From positions 1,922 to 49,755 of the forward strand of contig JBHLOC010000035.1 of assembly GCA_048940925.1 (NCBI GenBank): DNA of 47,834 nucleotides. The letters run 5' to 3'. This stretch comes from Promethearchaeota archaeon. GTDB taxonomy: Archaea; Asgardarchaeota; Lokiarchaeia; Sigyniarchaeales; SOKP01. The translations under genes and the position numbers were made by a program. Positions within the stretch are counted from its first letter, which is position 1; each line of letters begins with the position of its first letter. This document shows, piece after piece, positions 38,025 to 47,834 of the stretch. Below the pieces are notes generated by a model. That model did no database searches and was not told the origin of the DNA. It saw only the letters and a program-made list of their open reading frames with translations.

Positions 38025-39134
38025 TTAAATTTTCCAATTACCCTCTTCATAAATTACTTTATCATCAGCAATAATCTTAGAACCCGGAGGTTTCATATCT
38101 TTTAAAATGTCCCAGTGAATCGTGCTTTCATTTGTAGAACCTGTAGTTTTATATCCTTTTCCTAGGGCACAATGAATTGTTCCTCCCATTTTCTCATCAA
38201 ATAGCATATTTTTTGTGAATTGTGTAATGCTCTCATTAGTACCAATGGCAAATTCACCTAGTCTATTAGCGTTTTCAATTTTTAGTATCTCTTGAAGTAA
38301 CTCTTCACCTTTATCTGCAGAACCATTAATAACTACTCCATCTTCGAATTCTAAATAAATATTTTTTATTTCCTTCCACATATATATGCCTGGATATGTG
38401 AATCTAATATGTCCATTGACAGAATCTTCAATTGGACCAGTGCATAATTCGCCATCAGGGAGATTTAATTTACCACAATAATTAATCCATTTTCTTCCTT
38501 TAACAGAAAGGTTAAGATCTGTATCTTCACCTTTAACTTGTATCGTTTTTACCTGATTTAAATACTCAACAAGCTTATTTTGTTGTTTTTCTACTTTCTG
38601 CCACTCTTGAATTGGGTCCTCTTTATCTAAAAATAGCAATTTATTCAAAAATTCAGTATAAGAAAACAGATCCATATTAGCTTCTTGAGCAAGTGCGTTA
38701 CAAGGAAAAGGGCATCCAACATATCTTAGTTCTCCTTTAGAAGATCTCTCATCCAGAATTTTAGATAGTCCTTTTCTACTAGGTGAACTATAATATTTTA
38801 AAAGATGTCTAGGATTTACAGAACTCAATTTTTTTTTATTATAATCGGCATCGATCCAAATAAAGGCATCAAACTCCTCTCGCATATTTTTTTCAAAGTT
38901 AAAGACATGCTCTAATTGATCATCATTTGCATATTTGAAAAGAGCTTCATTAATTCCTTCTAACGCAGCAGTAATATAAGGATGACCTCCTGCTTTCAGT
39001 ATTTCAATATGCAATGCTTGAAACAATTCTTGAGCTAAAATAGGACCAACTATCCACACTTTCTCACCCTTTTTAACCCCAATTGAGTAATAAACAATTA
39101 ATCTTGCTAACTTTTTATAAAAGGGATTAATCAT
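38025..39134 (-). CDS. aminopeptidase, M29 (thermophilic metalloprotease) family
   Basis: NLPDGE, LGEFAIG, LFDEKMGGTIHCALG, S.IHWD. Confidence 0.92.
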   Translation of the reverse strand: MINPFYKKLARLIVYYSIGVKKGEKVWIVGPILAQELFQALHIEILKAGGHPYITAALEGINEALFKYANDDQLEHVFNFEKNMREEFDAFIWIDADYNKKKLSSVNPRHLLKYYSSPSRKGLSKILDERSSKGELRYVGCPFPCNALAQEANMDLFSYTEFLNKLLFLDKEDPIQEWQKVEKQQNKLVEYLNQVKTIQVKGEDTDLNLSVKGRKWINYCGKLNLPDGELCTGPIEDSVNGHIRFTYPGIYMWKEIKNIYLEFEDGVVINGSADKGEELLQEILKIENANRLGEFAIGTNESITQFTKNMLFDEKMGGTIHCALGKGYKTTGSTNESTIHWDILKDMKPPGSKIIADDKVIYEEGNWKI

Positions 39135-39160
39135 ATTCAGAAATAGGAACTTAAATGAAT

Positions 39161-41509
39161 TTATTTATCTATAAAAGATATTGATAAAACTTCTTTTAGT
39201 TCATCAATCGTATGTTTTAAATTTCTTATTGGAGTGCTAATATTTTCAGCTAAATTAGGATCAATTTTCATTGCTTTTTCCAAATATAAAAGGGCATTAT
39301 TATAATCTTTTTTATCAAAGTAAGCACATCCCATAAAAAACCAAGCATTAGCAAAATCTGGCTCTAATTCAGTTGCTTTAGTATAACTCTCAATAGCTTT
39401 ATCATAATTCTTAATTTTTTTATTTACATTACCTATATTATACCATCCTTCAGAAAATTCTGGATCAATTTCTATAGAATTTCTCAGAAATTTAAGGGCC
39501 ATCTCAAAATCGTTTTTAGCTTCATATACTAAACCCATATAGCTCCAAGAGTTAATATGATTTTTGTCTAAGTCCACAGCTTTTTGAAAATTTTCTATCG
39601 CAGCATCATAGCTCTTTTTTTTACTAAAAGAAATTCCCATATAATAATAGGCGTCTACAAATCTATTATCAAGTTCGATTGCTCTTTTACAACTTTCAAT
39701 TGCATTGTCTAACTTTTTATTCTCAATCTCTAACTTCGCTTTATTGATGAGTTCCCTCTTATATGTATTTTTAATTAGATCTTTGTTTTTTAGATCAGGT
39801 GATTCCATCATTTCATTAACTTTTAAGGCTCTTTCATAAAATTTGAAAGCATCATCAAACTTTTCCAAATCAGCAAGCTGATCTCCTTGCTCAATTAGTA
39901 ATTTAATTTCATCAGAGTGGACATCATCTATCAATTGTTTAACTTTATTCATTTCAGTAGCTCTTCTATCCCTATCTTCGATGGATTGGGCATAATCCAA
40001 TCTTTTTTTAAGTTTCTCAATCTCTTTTTCTTTTAATTTTTGTTCTTCTAGTAATTTTCCTGCACCAACTAATTGTTTCACTTCTGTCTCGTATATTAAA
40101 CTTTTAATTCTTTTTACTTCTTTTTCCATATTTTCTGTTAAATACATCTTATTTGTCATAGTTAAAGCTTCATTGTAAGTTTCAATTGCTTTTTCATATT
40201 CTTTTTGTTCCAAAAGTTTCTCTCCTTTGTTTAGAACTTCCTCAATTTCAGCCGAATAAACTTTATTAACTAAATTCTTAAGATTTTCAAGTTCTTCATT
40301 CTCTTCTTCCGGATAAGCCATTAATTTCGCGAGACTTAATGCAGTATATATTTCACTAATAGCATCTTCATATTTCTTTTGCACAATTAGTTGAATAGAT
40401 TTATCTTTTATCACATTAATACCCGCTAGGCATGATTGATTAATTAAATCACTAATTTTTTTAATTTCTGTCTCTTTTGTTTCTGATTCAACCATAGACC
40501 GCGCTATGTCTAACCCTTGAATCAAAAATCCAACTGCTTCCTTGATCGTTGATACTGATTCTACAAATTTTTCTTTTTTAAGGATTTCTTCTCCTTTTTC
40601 TAATATTGGTTTAATTTGCTCTATATAAGTAGGATTTAACGCCTTGGCTATAAGACTGATTTCAAGTTTCTTGAGATCTGAGGTATACATTTTTTTTGTA
40701 ATAGCTAAGGCATTTCTAAATTCAGAGATTGCTTTATCTATATTATTCCGACTAATTAACTCTTTACCTTTTTCAACTATGGGTTTAATTTGCTCAGAAT
40801 ATATTTCATTTAATAGATTCTTAATTATACTAAGTTGAGTTTTCATTGAATTCGGGTCGAAGAAAGTCTCTATAAACTTCAAATTGTTTTCAAATATTTC
40901 AATAGCATCATAAATTTGTCCTATTTTTTTTAATTCTTTTCCCTTCTCAACCATAAATTTCAATTGAGCTTCATTAGTTTGACCAATTTCCTTCTTAATA
41001 AATGATAATTGTTCTCCTCTTGAATTTGGATCTTGAATTCCCTCAGCAATACTCAAACCTTGATTAAATATATTAAGAGCATCATCAAATTTCTTTTCTC
41101 CTCGTAAAATCAAGCCTTTTTCAACTAATTGGTCTATTTCATTTTCACTCAGCATTGAATTAATCTCTCTCTTATCAGCATTTTTAAGATCAGCATCATC
41201 TATTTTATCAGCTATCTTTAATGCTTGATGAAATTTTTCTTCAGCTCGAGTAAATTCCCTTTGATTTTTTAAATTGATACCTTCTTGGAGAATACTACTT
41301 ATCTCTACAGAATAGGTTAGGTTAATTGCATTTTTTATATTTTCTATTTCTACATTTTTATCTTTAGGATCTGTAACCTTTATATTGATAAAATTTAATG
41401 CTTGATTGAATTTTGATATAGCTTTTTGAAATTTATTTTTATCTTTAAGAGCGTTAGCTTCCTCAATAATCAAATTTAACTTTTTTAAAGTGGATGCCTT
41501 CATTTTCAT
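39161..41509 (-). CDS. tetratricopeptide repeat protein
   Basis: Canonical C-terminal TPRs (AIE.Y.KA.EL.P.F..AW...G) preceded by longer helical TPR-like repeats. Confidence 0.88.
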   Translation of the reverse strand: MKMKASTLKKLNLIIEEANALKDKNKFQKAISKFNQALNFINIKVTDPKDKNVEIENIKNAINLTYSVEISSILQEGINLKNQREFTRAEEKFHQALKIADKIDDADLKNADKREINSMLSENEIDQLVEKGLILRGEKKFDDALNIFNQGLSIAEGIQDPNSRGEQLSFIKKEIGQTNEAQLKFMVEKGKELKKIGQIYDAIEIFENNLKFIETFFDPNSMKTQLSIIKNLLNEIYSEQIKPIVEKGKELISRNNIDKAISEFRNALAITKKMYTSDLKKLEISLIAKALNPTYIEQIKPILEKGEEILKKEKFVESVSTIKEAVGFLIQGLDIARSMVESETKETEIKKISDLINQSCLAGINVIKDKSIQLIVQKKYEDAISEIYTALSLAKLMAYPEEENEELENLKNLVNKVYSAEIEEVLNKGEKLLEQKEYEKAIETYNEALTMTNKMYLTENMEKEVKRIKSLIYETEVKQLVGAGKLLEEQKLKEKEIEKLKKRLDYAQSIEDRDRRATEMNKVKQLIDDVHSDEIKLLIEQGDQLADLEKFDDAFKFYERALKVNEMMESPDLKNKDLIKNTYKRELINKAKLEIENKKLDNAIESCKRAIELDNRFVDAYYYMGISFSKKKSYDAAIENFQKAVDLDKNHINSWSYMGLVYEAKNDFEMALKFLRNSIEIDPEFSEGWYNIGNVNKKIKNYDKAIESYTKATELEPDFANAWFFMGCAYFDKKDYNNALLYLEKAMKIDPNLAENISTPIRNLKHTIDELKEVLSISFIDK

Positions 41510-41657
41510 TAAACTCCAATACTTTAATGCTTAGAATTATTTCATATTTTTAATATTTTTCTTATAAACCTTTTATTTCTTGGAATGTAAGTATTAATAT
41601 CTAAAATATATGACCTAAAAAGAGAAAAACTAATTTCAAAAGGAAGTTAGAGAAATA

Positions 41658-43235
41658 TTGAGGAAAATATACTTTAATGGCTCTATTATTACAATGGATA
41701 CCAAAAAACCAATTGTTGAAGCAGTTGGAACTGATAAAGAGAAAATTATTTCAATAGGACAGTTGGATACAGTTAAATCAGATTTAGGAAAGGCTTATGA
41801 GTTAATAGATCTGAAAGGTAATGTACTTCTTCCTGGTTTTATTGATTCCCATATGCATCCAATCTCATTTATGTTCTTATTATTAAATCTTGATTTGTCT
41901 ACAATTAAAAGTATGAAAGAACTTAAGAATCTACTGAAAGAAACAGCGAATAACAAGGCACCAGGGGACTTCATACTGGGGTTAAAGTTAAAGGAGGAAG
42001 AGTTTAATGTACCAAAATTACCTAATCGATGGGATTTAGATGAAGCATGTCCTGAACATCCTGTTTTAATTGTAAGATATGATGGTCACATTGGAATTGC
42101 AAACTCAAAAACTTTAGAACTAATTGATATTAATTCTAATACAATAGCTCCTGAGGGTGGTGAAATTAGGAAAAATGATAAAGGTGAACTTACTGGAATA
42201 ATTTCTGAAAATGCTTTAGATATGGTGTTTTCGAAAGTCGAACGATATTTGATCCCTAAACCTGAGGTTTTACAAGAAATTGCTGACAGAACTTTTATGC
42301 TTTTGGCTGAAAAAGGGATTACATCTATTCATGGTCAGTTAGAGGAAGGAAGAATTTCAATTTATAAATCAATTCAAAATAAAATCCTCCAAAATTGGTA
42401 TGCATTTGTTTCTTTAGATAAACCTAAAAAATTAGTCAGATTAAAGAAACCTCCTTTGGATGGTGGTAAAAAAGATAGTAAATTTAAGGTGGGAACTTTA
42501 AAATTGTTCCTTGATGGCACTTTTGGAGCGAAAACTGCTTGTATGTGGGAACCGTTTTCTGATGCTCCTGATTCGTGTGGATTTTGTGTAGTTGATAAGG
42601 AAGAAATTTATGAAAAAATGAAAGTGGCACATAACAATGGATTCCAAATTGCTATTCATGTTATTGGTGATAAAGGTAATAGAATATGTGTTGATTTATA
42701 TAAGAAACTTCTAACAGAATTTCCAAGAGAAAATCACAGACATCGGATTGAGCATGCTTCTATGTTGACTAGGGATGTGCTTAAAGATATGAAGGAATAT
42801 GGATTAATAGCTTCATGTCAACCTCCATTTATTAATTCTGAATATACATGGTTAGAGAAGAGAATTGGAAAGGAGCGTTGCAAATATACCTATCCTATGA
42901 AATCTATAATTGATGCTGGAATACTTTTAGCGTCGGGATCAGATTGTCCAGTTGAAGATCCCGATCCAATATTAGGACTTCATGCTTTAGTTACTCGAAA
43001 CGGTTTTGTCCCTGAAGAATGCATTTCAATTGAAGAAGCACTAAAATCGTATACGATAAATGGGGCATATGCAGCATTTGAAGAAAATGTGAAAGGTAGT
43101 ATAGAAGTAGGAAAATTAGCTGATTTTGTGATTTTAGATAAAAATCCTCTTGAAGTTAATGAAGATGATATTAGAAATATTCAGGTACTTGAAACAATAA
43201 TAAGAGGGAGGACAGTCTATAAAAAAGAATTTTAA
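41658..43235 (+). CDS. amidohydrolase 3 family (YtcJ-like)
   Basis: PGFIDSHMH, KLFLDG, IHVIGD, RHRIEHA, GSDCPV, G.IEVGKLADFVIL. Confidence 0.92.
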   Translation: MRKIYFNGSIITMDTKKPIVEAVGTDKEKIISIGQLDTVKSDLGKAYELIDLKGNVLLPGFIDSHMHPISFMFLLLNLDLSTIKSMKELKNLLKETANNKAPGDFILGLKLKEEEFNVPKLPNRWDLDEACPEHPVLIVRYDGHIGIANSKTLELIDINSNTIAPEGGEIRKNDKGELTGIISENALDMVFSKVERYLIPKPEVLQEIADRTFMLLAEKGITSIHGQLEEGRISIYKSIQNKILQNWYAFVSLDKPKKLVRLKKPPLDGGKKDSKFKVGTLKLFLDGTFGAKTACMWEPFSDAPDSCGFCVVDKEEIYEKMKVAHNNGFQIAIHVIGDKGNRICVDLYKKLLTEFPRENHRHRIEHASMLTRDVLKDMKEYGLIASCQPPFINSEYTWLEKRIGKERCKYTYPMKSIIDAGILLASGSDCPVEDPDPILGLHALVTRNGFVPEECISIEEALKSYTINGAYAAFEENVKGSIEVGKLADFVILDKNPLEVNEDDIRNIQVLETIIRGRTVYKKEF

Positions 43236-43724
43236 TTTTTTTTGTAGCAACATTTAATCCATGAAATATAGGCACTCATCAAAACTGTATTTGATCAATG
43301 CTCTTTTTCTTCTAATTTTTTAGACTCATCAGGTTTTATTATAATTTCAGATGCATTTTGAGTCTCTTTTTTTTCTGTTAATTCATTTTCGGTTGCTTTG
43401 GTGGCACTGGTTGCTCTATTCTTAATTTTATTATCTTATCAAATCTAAATCTTTATTTTTAGGTGTTACCATAAGTTTGTTTTCACCTTTAATTGAAATA
43501 TAATGAAATAATTTTATTTTATTCAAAATAAAATTTATCAGCATAATGATCTCCCTTAGAAAAATAGAGCACTTTCAAGGGTTCAAAATTGATGAGTCTT
43601 TTTGTTATATCTCTTAGAGCATTTGAATAAATTTTCATATATACGATATTTATTGAGATCTATAGTCATTTTCTTGATAAAATTCATAAACATAGGGGCG
43701 TGATCTGAGATTTGGGTTATCCCA

Positions 43725-43746
43725 TTGACAATACACTCATCGTCAA
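43725..43746. promoter_or_regulatory. inverted repeat TTGAC-N12-GTCAA, candidate operator
   Basis: About 20 nt upstream of an HTH regulator; TGGGTTATCCCA near-palindrome adjacent at 43713-43724. Confidence 0.35.
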
Positions 43747-43764
43747 AATTTATAATTAGATAAC

Positions 43765-44181
43765 TTGATGATGTTCAAGTATCTTCGGTGTACTCTTCTC
43801 AAATATAAGATTTTTGAACATATTGTATTAGTCCATGAATGTACCGTTAACGATTTAGCCGATAAATTTGGTATAAATCAAAAAACATATTATAAAAAGA
43901 TGAAACAATGGGATAAAATGCGACTTATTGAGAGAGATGAGAGTAAAGAGAAGCAGAGGAATGGATCACATTTCATAATTATTGCTCGCCCCGAATTGAA
44001 AACAGTATTGCGAAGATTTAGAGAAATAGTCATGGAATTCATTGATCATGCAACCCAATTCGGATTACTTTTTGATAACAAAACTATTAACTATAGTGAA
44101 GATAAGGGGAAATTTGTGACCAAAAAACAACAAGCGAAGCCAATTCTCTCCGAAGAGAATTTACTTGTCGCCAAGGAGTAA
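43765..44181 (+). CDS. winged-helix HTH transcriptional regulator
   Basis: IFEHI......TVNDLADKFGINQKTYYKKMKQW..M.LIER. Confidence 0.7.
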   Translation: MMMFKYLRCTLLKYKIFEHIVLVHECTVNDLADKFGINQKTYYKKMKQWDKMRLIERDESKEKQRNGSHFIIIARPELKTVLRRFREIVMEFIDHATQFGLLFDNKTINYSEDKGKFVTKKQQAKPILSEENLLVAKE

Positions 44182-44262
44182 TAAATTTTAAATAATGGGC
44201 TAATCTAATATATTACCAACTATCTAAAAAAATTAACAATAGGGTAAAAAAGGCAAGAAAAA

Positions 44263-45372
44263 ATGAAAAAGCCATACAGAATTTATGGTTTTGTAGTGGT
44301 ATGTTTTCTTTGTATAGGAATTGCTTTCACTTATAGCACCGCAATGATGGGTAAAACAGATTCATCTCATAATCATATAGCTAGGTTGAAGTTCTCCCAT
44401 TCAATGAATGTATCGGATTATATTACTCTTGAATTGCCCGCAGTTGTGCATGATCCAGACGAAATGTCTTCACCATTTCGAATAAACATATATGAGGGTA
44501 ACCCTAATTATACATGGAGCAAATGGGTATCGGAATATAAATGGTGTTCTGGATCAGGAACTAATGAAGACCCTTATGTAATTGAAAACCTCTATATTAA
44601 TTGTAAGGGTAAAGGTGGGGGAATATTTGTTCGTAATTCGACTAAACCGTTTATTATCAGGAATTGCTGGATTCATAATGGAGGTCCAAACCAATATGAT
44701 GCAGGAATTCTCATTCAAGAGGCTTCGAAGGGAACAATAACGGATTGCATACTTAACTATCTTAGAACTGGGATTTGGATACAGTTTTCATGTCGGGATA
44801 TTGTCGTGTCCCACAATCTCATGGTACACAATACAAATGGCAGCAGAGCATTTGATCTTAATAATGATTGTAAATACATTACGTATGATGGGAACTATAT
44901 TAGTAATTACGGGGAGGGTGCATATGTAAGTCTTAATTATGACGTCACCTTTACCCATAATTTTATGAACAATACCTTATTTGGAAAGGATGCAGGCAGA
45001 CCTCCGATAACTATGTCAAGAACAACTGACACTAATATAACTTTCAATGGGTTTGCTGGGGCTTATGCGAATTATGATGAATTTCTTACATCCATCGACA
45101 GTCTTAATATTACTGTGTCAAATAATACCAAGGTCACGACACCAGGTGAAAGCCCGAAGACAACAGGGATTACCCCTAAAATTCAATCAAATGAGGGATC
45201 AAGTTTAATCACTCTAACGGGCTGTTCATTCAGTACCATTGCCCATAATATCATGTACGTGTCGCGCTCTGGAGCAGGTGTGGATATTCCAGGATATGAT
45301 ATGTGGATGATTTACGGGTTGCTTGGAGTCATATCCCTTCTCGTGATACTTAAAAAAGTAGTAAAAAAATAA
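44263..45372 (+). CDS. secreted beta-helix (NosD/pectin-lyase-like) protein with Loki-CTERM-like sorting signal
   Basis: Signal peptide MKKPYRIYGFVVVCFLCIGIAF; WCSGSGT.EDPYVIEN; C-terminal IPGY + TM + KKVVKK. Confidence 0.85.
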   Translation: MKKPYRIYGFVVVCFLCIGIAFTYSTAMMGKTDSSHNHIARLKFSHSMNVSDYITLELPAVVHDPDEMSSPFRINIYEGNPNYTWSKWVSEYKWCSGSGTNEDPYVIENLYINCKGKGGGIFVRNSTKPFIIRNCWIHNGGPNQYDAGILIQEASKGTITDCILNYLRTGIWIQFSCRDIVVSHNLMVHNTNGSRAFDLNNDCKYITYDGNYISNYGEGAYVSLNYDVTFTHNFMNNTLFGKDAGRPPITMSRTTDTNITFNGFAGAYANYDEFLTSIDSLNITVSNNTKVTTPGESPKTTGITPKIQSNEGSSLITLTGCSFSTIAHNIMYVSRSGAGVDIPGYDMWMIYGLLGVISLLVILKKVVKK

Positions 45373-45530
45373 ATACACAATTTTATTTTTATTTTTTAAA
45401 AGTTAATGAATCAGTATTGAATTTAGATGCTATATATCATTCAGAAGATATTAATAACATGAATCGCAAATATTATTTGAAATCTTTATATAGCTTTAAT
45501 GATTTAGAACATGAATTCTAGAAATAATTA

Positions 45531-46724
45531 TTAATCAGTAAAGTACAGGTGCTCATCAAAACCCGTCTCAGCTATTAAATCTTGTCCAAGCTTTTGAATT
45601 GCTTTTTTTGTGGGCTTTTTGAGTATTCTCCTTGAAATATTTATAACTTTAGCTAGTTTGGAATCAGGGAAATCTCGAATTATATTATCATACCTTGAAA
45701 AATTGATCCCAGCTGTATACACACCGGTACTTCCATGGCCTGCTGCACTACTAGTCTGCCAATGTTCAACCTTTACTTCAATGTTAGATAAAAGATGTGA
45801 ACAAAAAAACCATTCTAAATAAAGATCCATTCTCCTTGATTTTCTTTTTGTATCTTTTAACATCTTATAGGCACGACTTAATCTATCGGGGTGAATTTGA
45901 CTGAAAACTCTTTCATAACTTTCAGTTAGCTTCTCCTTCAAATGTTCTTTGATGAGGGTCATTAATTCTTCTACTTTTTTAGCTCTTTCCCCCGTTATTT
46001 CATGTTGTATAGATAAGATATGTTGTTCAATAGCATTCTCAACTTCTTGGCTACTTTCTATAGAATCAGGTTCAACATTTGAAGGTGTTTGACTTCTTGA
46101 AGGAGGTGCACTTCTTGGTAATATTTCTGAAGGTATATTATAAATTTCTTTGGGAGGAAGGGTAAATAAAGCATCTAATTTTGACGGATCTTGCCTGACT
46201 TCAGTGAATTTATCTTGGATTTCTTGGTTATTATACCCAATTGATTGTAAATAAAAGGCTGCACTTGCAAGATGATTTTCTAATGTTGTTGATTCACCAA
46301 AGCTGACTCCAATTTGCTTTTGAATTTGCTCATCTGCAATCTGACTAATCTGATCCTCTTTTATTTCGCTTAATTTAAATGTTCCTAGCTTTGTAAGGAT
46401 ATATTGGATTTGATTTGAAGTTAAATAACTTAAATTTCCTGTTGGTCCAATCATAAAGGAAATTTTTTCCATTTTTTTAAGAGTCTCTGCAAGATCTTCT
46501 TGAATTCTTCCTTTTGAGATGATTAAAAAATGTTCTAGAAAATTTTTATCGAATCCTGCAATAATTTTTAGATATTTTTCATCATAATTATTAAGATGCT
46601 CGTGTAGCTTGTTCCCTTGAAATTCGAGAGGAAGATTAATTTGATATACAGTGATATTATCCGCAATCATATAAATATAGTCAGATTTTTGCATAAGCAT
46701 CGTATAATTCGAGTAATTAACCAA
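45531..46724 (-). CDS. hypothetical protein (two helical regions joined by a Pro/Ser-rich linker)
   Basis: 397-aa open frame with protein-like composition; start uncertain (ATG of MIADNIT likely). Confidence 0.75.
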   Translation of the reverse strand: MVNYSNYTMLMQKSDYIYMIADNITVYQINLPLEFQGNKLHEHLNNYDEKYLKIIAGFDKNFLEHFLIISKGRIQEDLAETLKKMEKISFMIGPTGNLSYLTSNQIQYILTKLGTFKLSEIKEDQISQIADEQIQKQIGVSFGESTTLENHLASAAFYLQSIGYNNQEIQDKFTEVRQDPSKLDALFTLPPKEIYNIPSEILPRSAPPSRSQTPSNVEPDSIESSQEVENAIEQHILSIQHEITGERAKKVEELMTLIKEHLKEKLTESYERVFSQIHPDRLSRAYKMLKDTKRKSRRMDLYLEWFFCSHLLSNIEVKVEHWQTSSAAGHGSTGVYTAGINFSRYDNIIRDFPDSKLAKVINISRRILKKPTKKAIQKLGQDLIAETGFDEHLYFTD

Positions 46725-47014
46725 TTAAAAAAATCTTTACCTAATTATAAAATAAATTCAAGTATTAAATACTTTACATTTAAGTGCGTTTAAGATGCTA
46801 TAATTATGTTTCATACTTCAATTACTAGTGTACTATTAATTCTTGTTAATATGTGAATAGATTTTCCTCAATAGGTTAACATATTGTTAGGTGCAAAATA
46901 ATAGAATATTTAAACAGTTATTGTTGAAGATTTCCTAACCAGTTATTAAATAATTAATCTTTTAATTCTTTCTAATGTTTAAAAACATAAATACTGTATA
47001 AAATTCGATTTAAT

Positions 47015-47482
47015 ATGGACAGAGAAAAGTTAACTGCTTTTGATACGAGAAAATATCCAATACGACCCCACATTGGTGTGGGGATACTTCTTATTCGAGA
47101 CAATAAATTATTATTAATCAAACGAAAATATGATCCTGATGCAGGATTTTGGTCGATTCCAGGAGGTCATTTAGACTTAGGTGAGAAAGTAAGAAAAGCA
47201 GCTGAGAGAGAAGCTTATGAGGAGACAGGTTTTAAAGTTAAAACAACTAAATTAGCTGGAATTATAGATAAAATCATGTTTGACAAGAATGGTAAAATCG
47301 AATACCATTATGTATTACTTAATTATTTCGTAGATCAAATTGAAGGAGATGCAAACCAACCACCCAGGGCTGCAGATGATGCTTTAAAGGCAAGATTTGT
47401 CCCATTTGCGGAGTTGAAAAATTATAACTTAACTAAATCCTTAATCGAACTTTTAAAGCAATTAAAAATTGGATTTGAATAA
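47015..47482 (+). CDS. NUDIX hydrolase (ADP-ribose pyrophosphatase-like)
   Basis: Nudix box GGHLDLGEKVRKAAEREAYEETG; HYVL; ADDA. Confidence 0.92.
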   Translation: MDREKLTAFDTRKYPIRPHIGVGILLIRDNKLLLIKRKYDPDAGFWSIPGGHLDLGEKVRKAAEREAYEETGFKVKTTKLAGIIDKIMFDKNGKIEYHYVLLNYFVDQIEGDANQPPRAADDALKARFVPFAELKNYNLTKSLIELLKQLKIGFE

Positions 47483-47834
47483 TTCTGTTTATAATAAAAT
47501 CTAAACTTTATCAGATTTGGTCAGTTTCCGATTTTGAGAAGAAAAAATTCATCTTCATTAATATATTAAAATCACCATCAACATTATATAGGCTATCCAT
47601 AAAGGTCTGTGCGGTATAAATTTCTCCTGTGAAAATCAGCGTTAAAGGAATACCCGCTTTTTGTAACCCTTCAGAAAAAAATGATGCATTTTTTATTTAG
47701 ATAAATATGAACTAAGAAAAATTAGCAAGTATGGGAAGCACAGAAATATTCTATAGGACTCTAATAACATTAGACGCTGATCCTAATATTTCTGCAGTAA
47801 TTTTCATTAAGACATATGATTTTAACCATAAATT

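Noticed and set aside
43275-43472. SD + ATG followed by a charged frame (..TENELTEKKETQ..) on the minus strand
   Set aside because: Interrupted by stops and frameshifts; no product can be assigned
43725-43756. Perfect TTGACA and TATAAT resembling a bacterial sigma70 promoter
   Set aside because: The spacer is 20 nt rather than 16-18 and the host looks archaeal; better explained as a dyad plus AT-rich sequence
1090-45822. Numerous 60-130 aa ORFs antisense to or overlapping long genes (e.g. 3971-4330, 10010-10315, 17567-17953, 24791-25123, 35756-35956)
   Set aside because: Shadow frames of well-supported genes, with no motifs or SD sites
47500-47834. Short frames at the window end vaguely resembling acyl-CoA synthetase/crotonase fragments
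   Set aside because: Too short and degenerate, and cut by the window edge
1-47834. CRISPR arrays, tRNA/rRNA, IS elements, integrases
   Set aside because: No regularly spaced repeats, GC-rich structured RNA segments or transposase/integrase motifs were seen

Overview
AT-rich chromosomal window with no rRNA, tRNA, CRISPR array or recognisable mobile element. Gene content points to an Asgard archaeon (Lokiarchaeia-like): two longin-domain proteins (one fused to a roadblock-like domain), a roadblock + MglA-type small GTPase pair, surface beta-helix proteins with IPGY/ISGY-TM-basic (Loki-CTERM-like) tails, archaeal RPA and TATA-type promoters. The first ~9.7 kb is regulatory and nucleic-acid related (RPA, MglB-MglA-NYN/PIN RNase operon, Whirly-like protein, V4R-like protein, longin, CoiA-like nuclease). 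It is followed by a Cys-rich MarR + arsM + dsrEFH block, a ~17 kb fatty-acid/organic-acid catabolic region with several decayed genes, and ordinary housekeeping genes. Most notable observations: (1) an MglBA GTPase switch co-transcribed with a Regnase/NYN-type RNase that has a degenerate AAA-like N-terminus; (2) a Whirly-fold candidate with an SSB-like acidic tail; (3) three genes whose natural N-termini appear to begin at ATT/ATA codons; (4) a shared 21-bp operator before marR and arsM; (5) an unannotated 16-aa hydrophobic micropeptide with a strong SD and a terminator hairpin. All family assignments are by motif recognition only; no searches were run.
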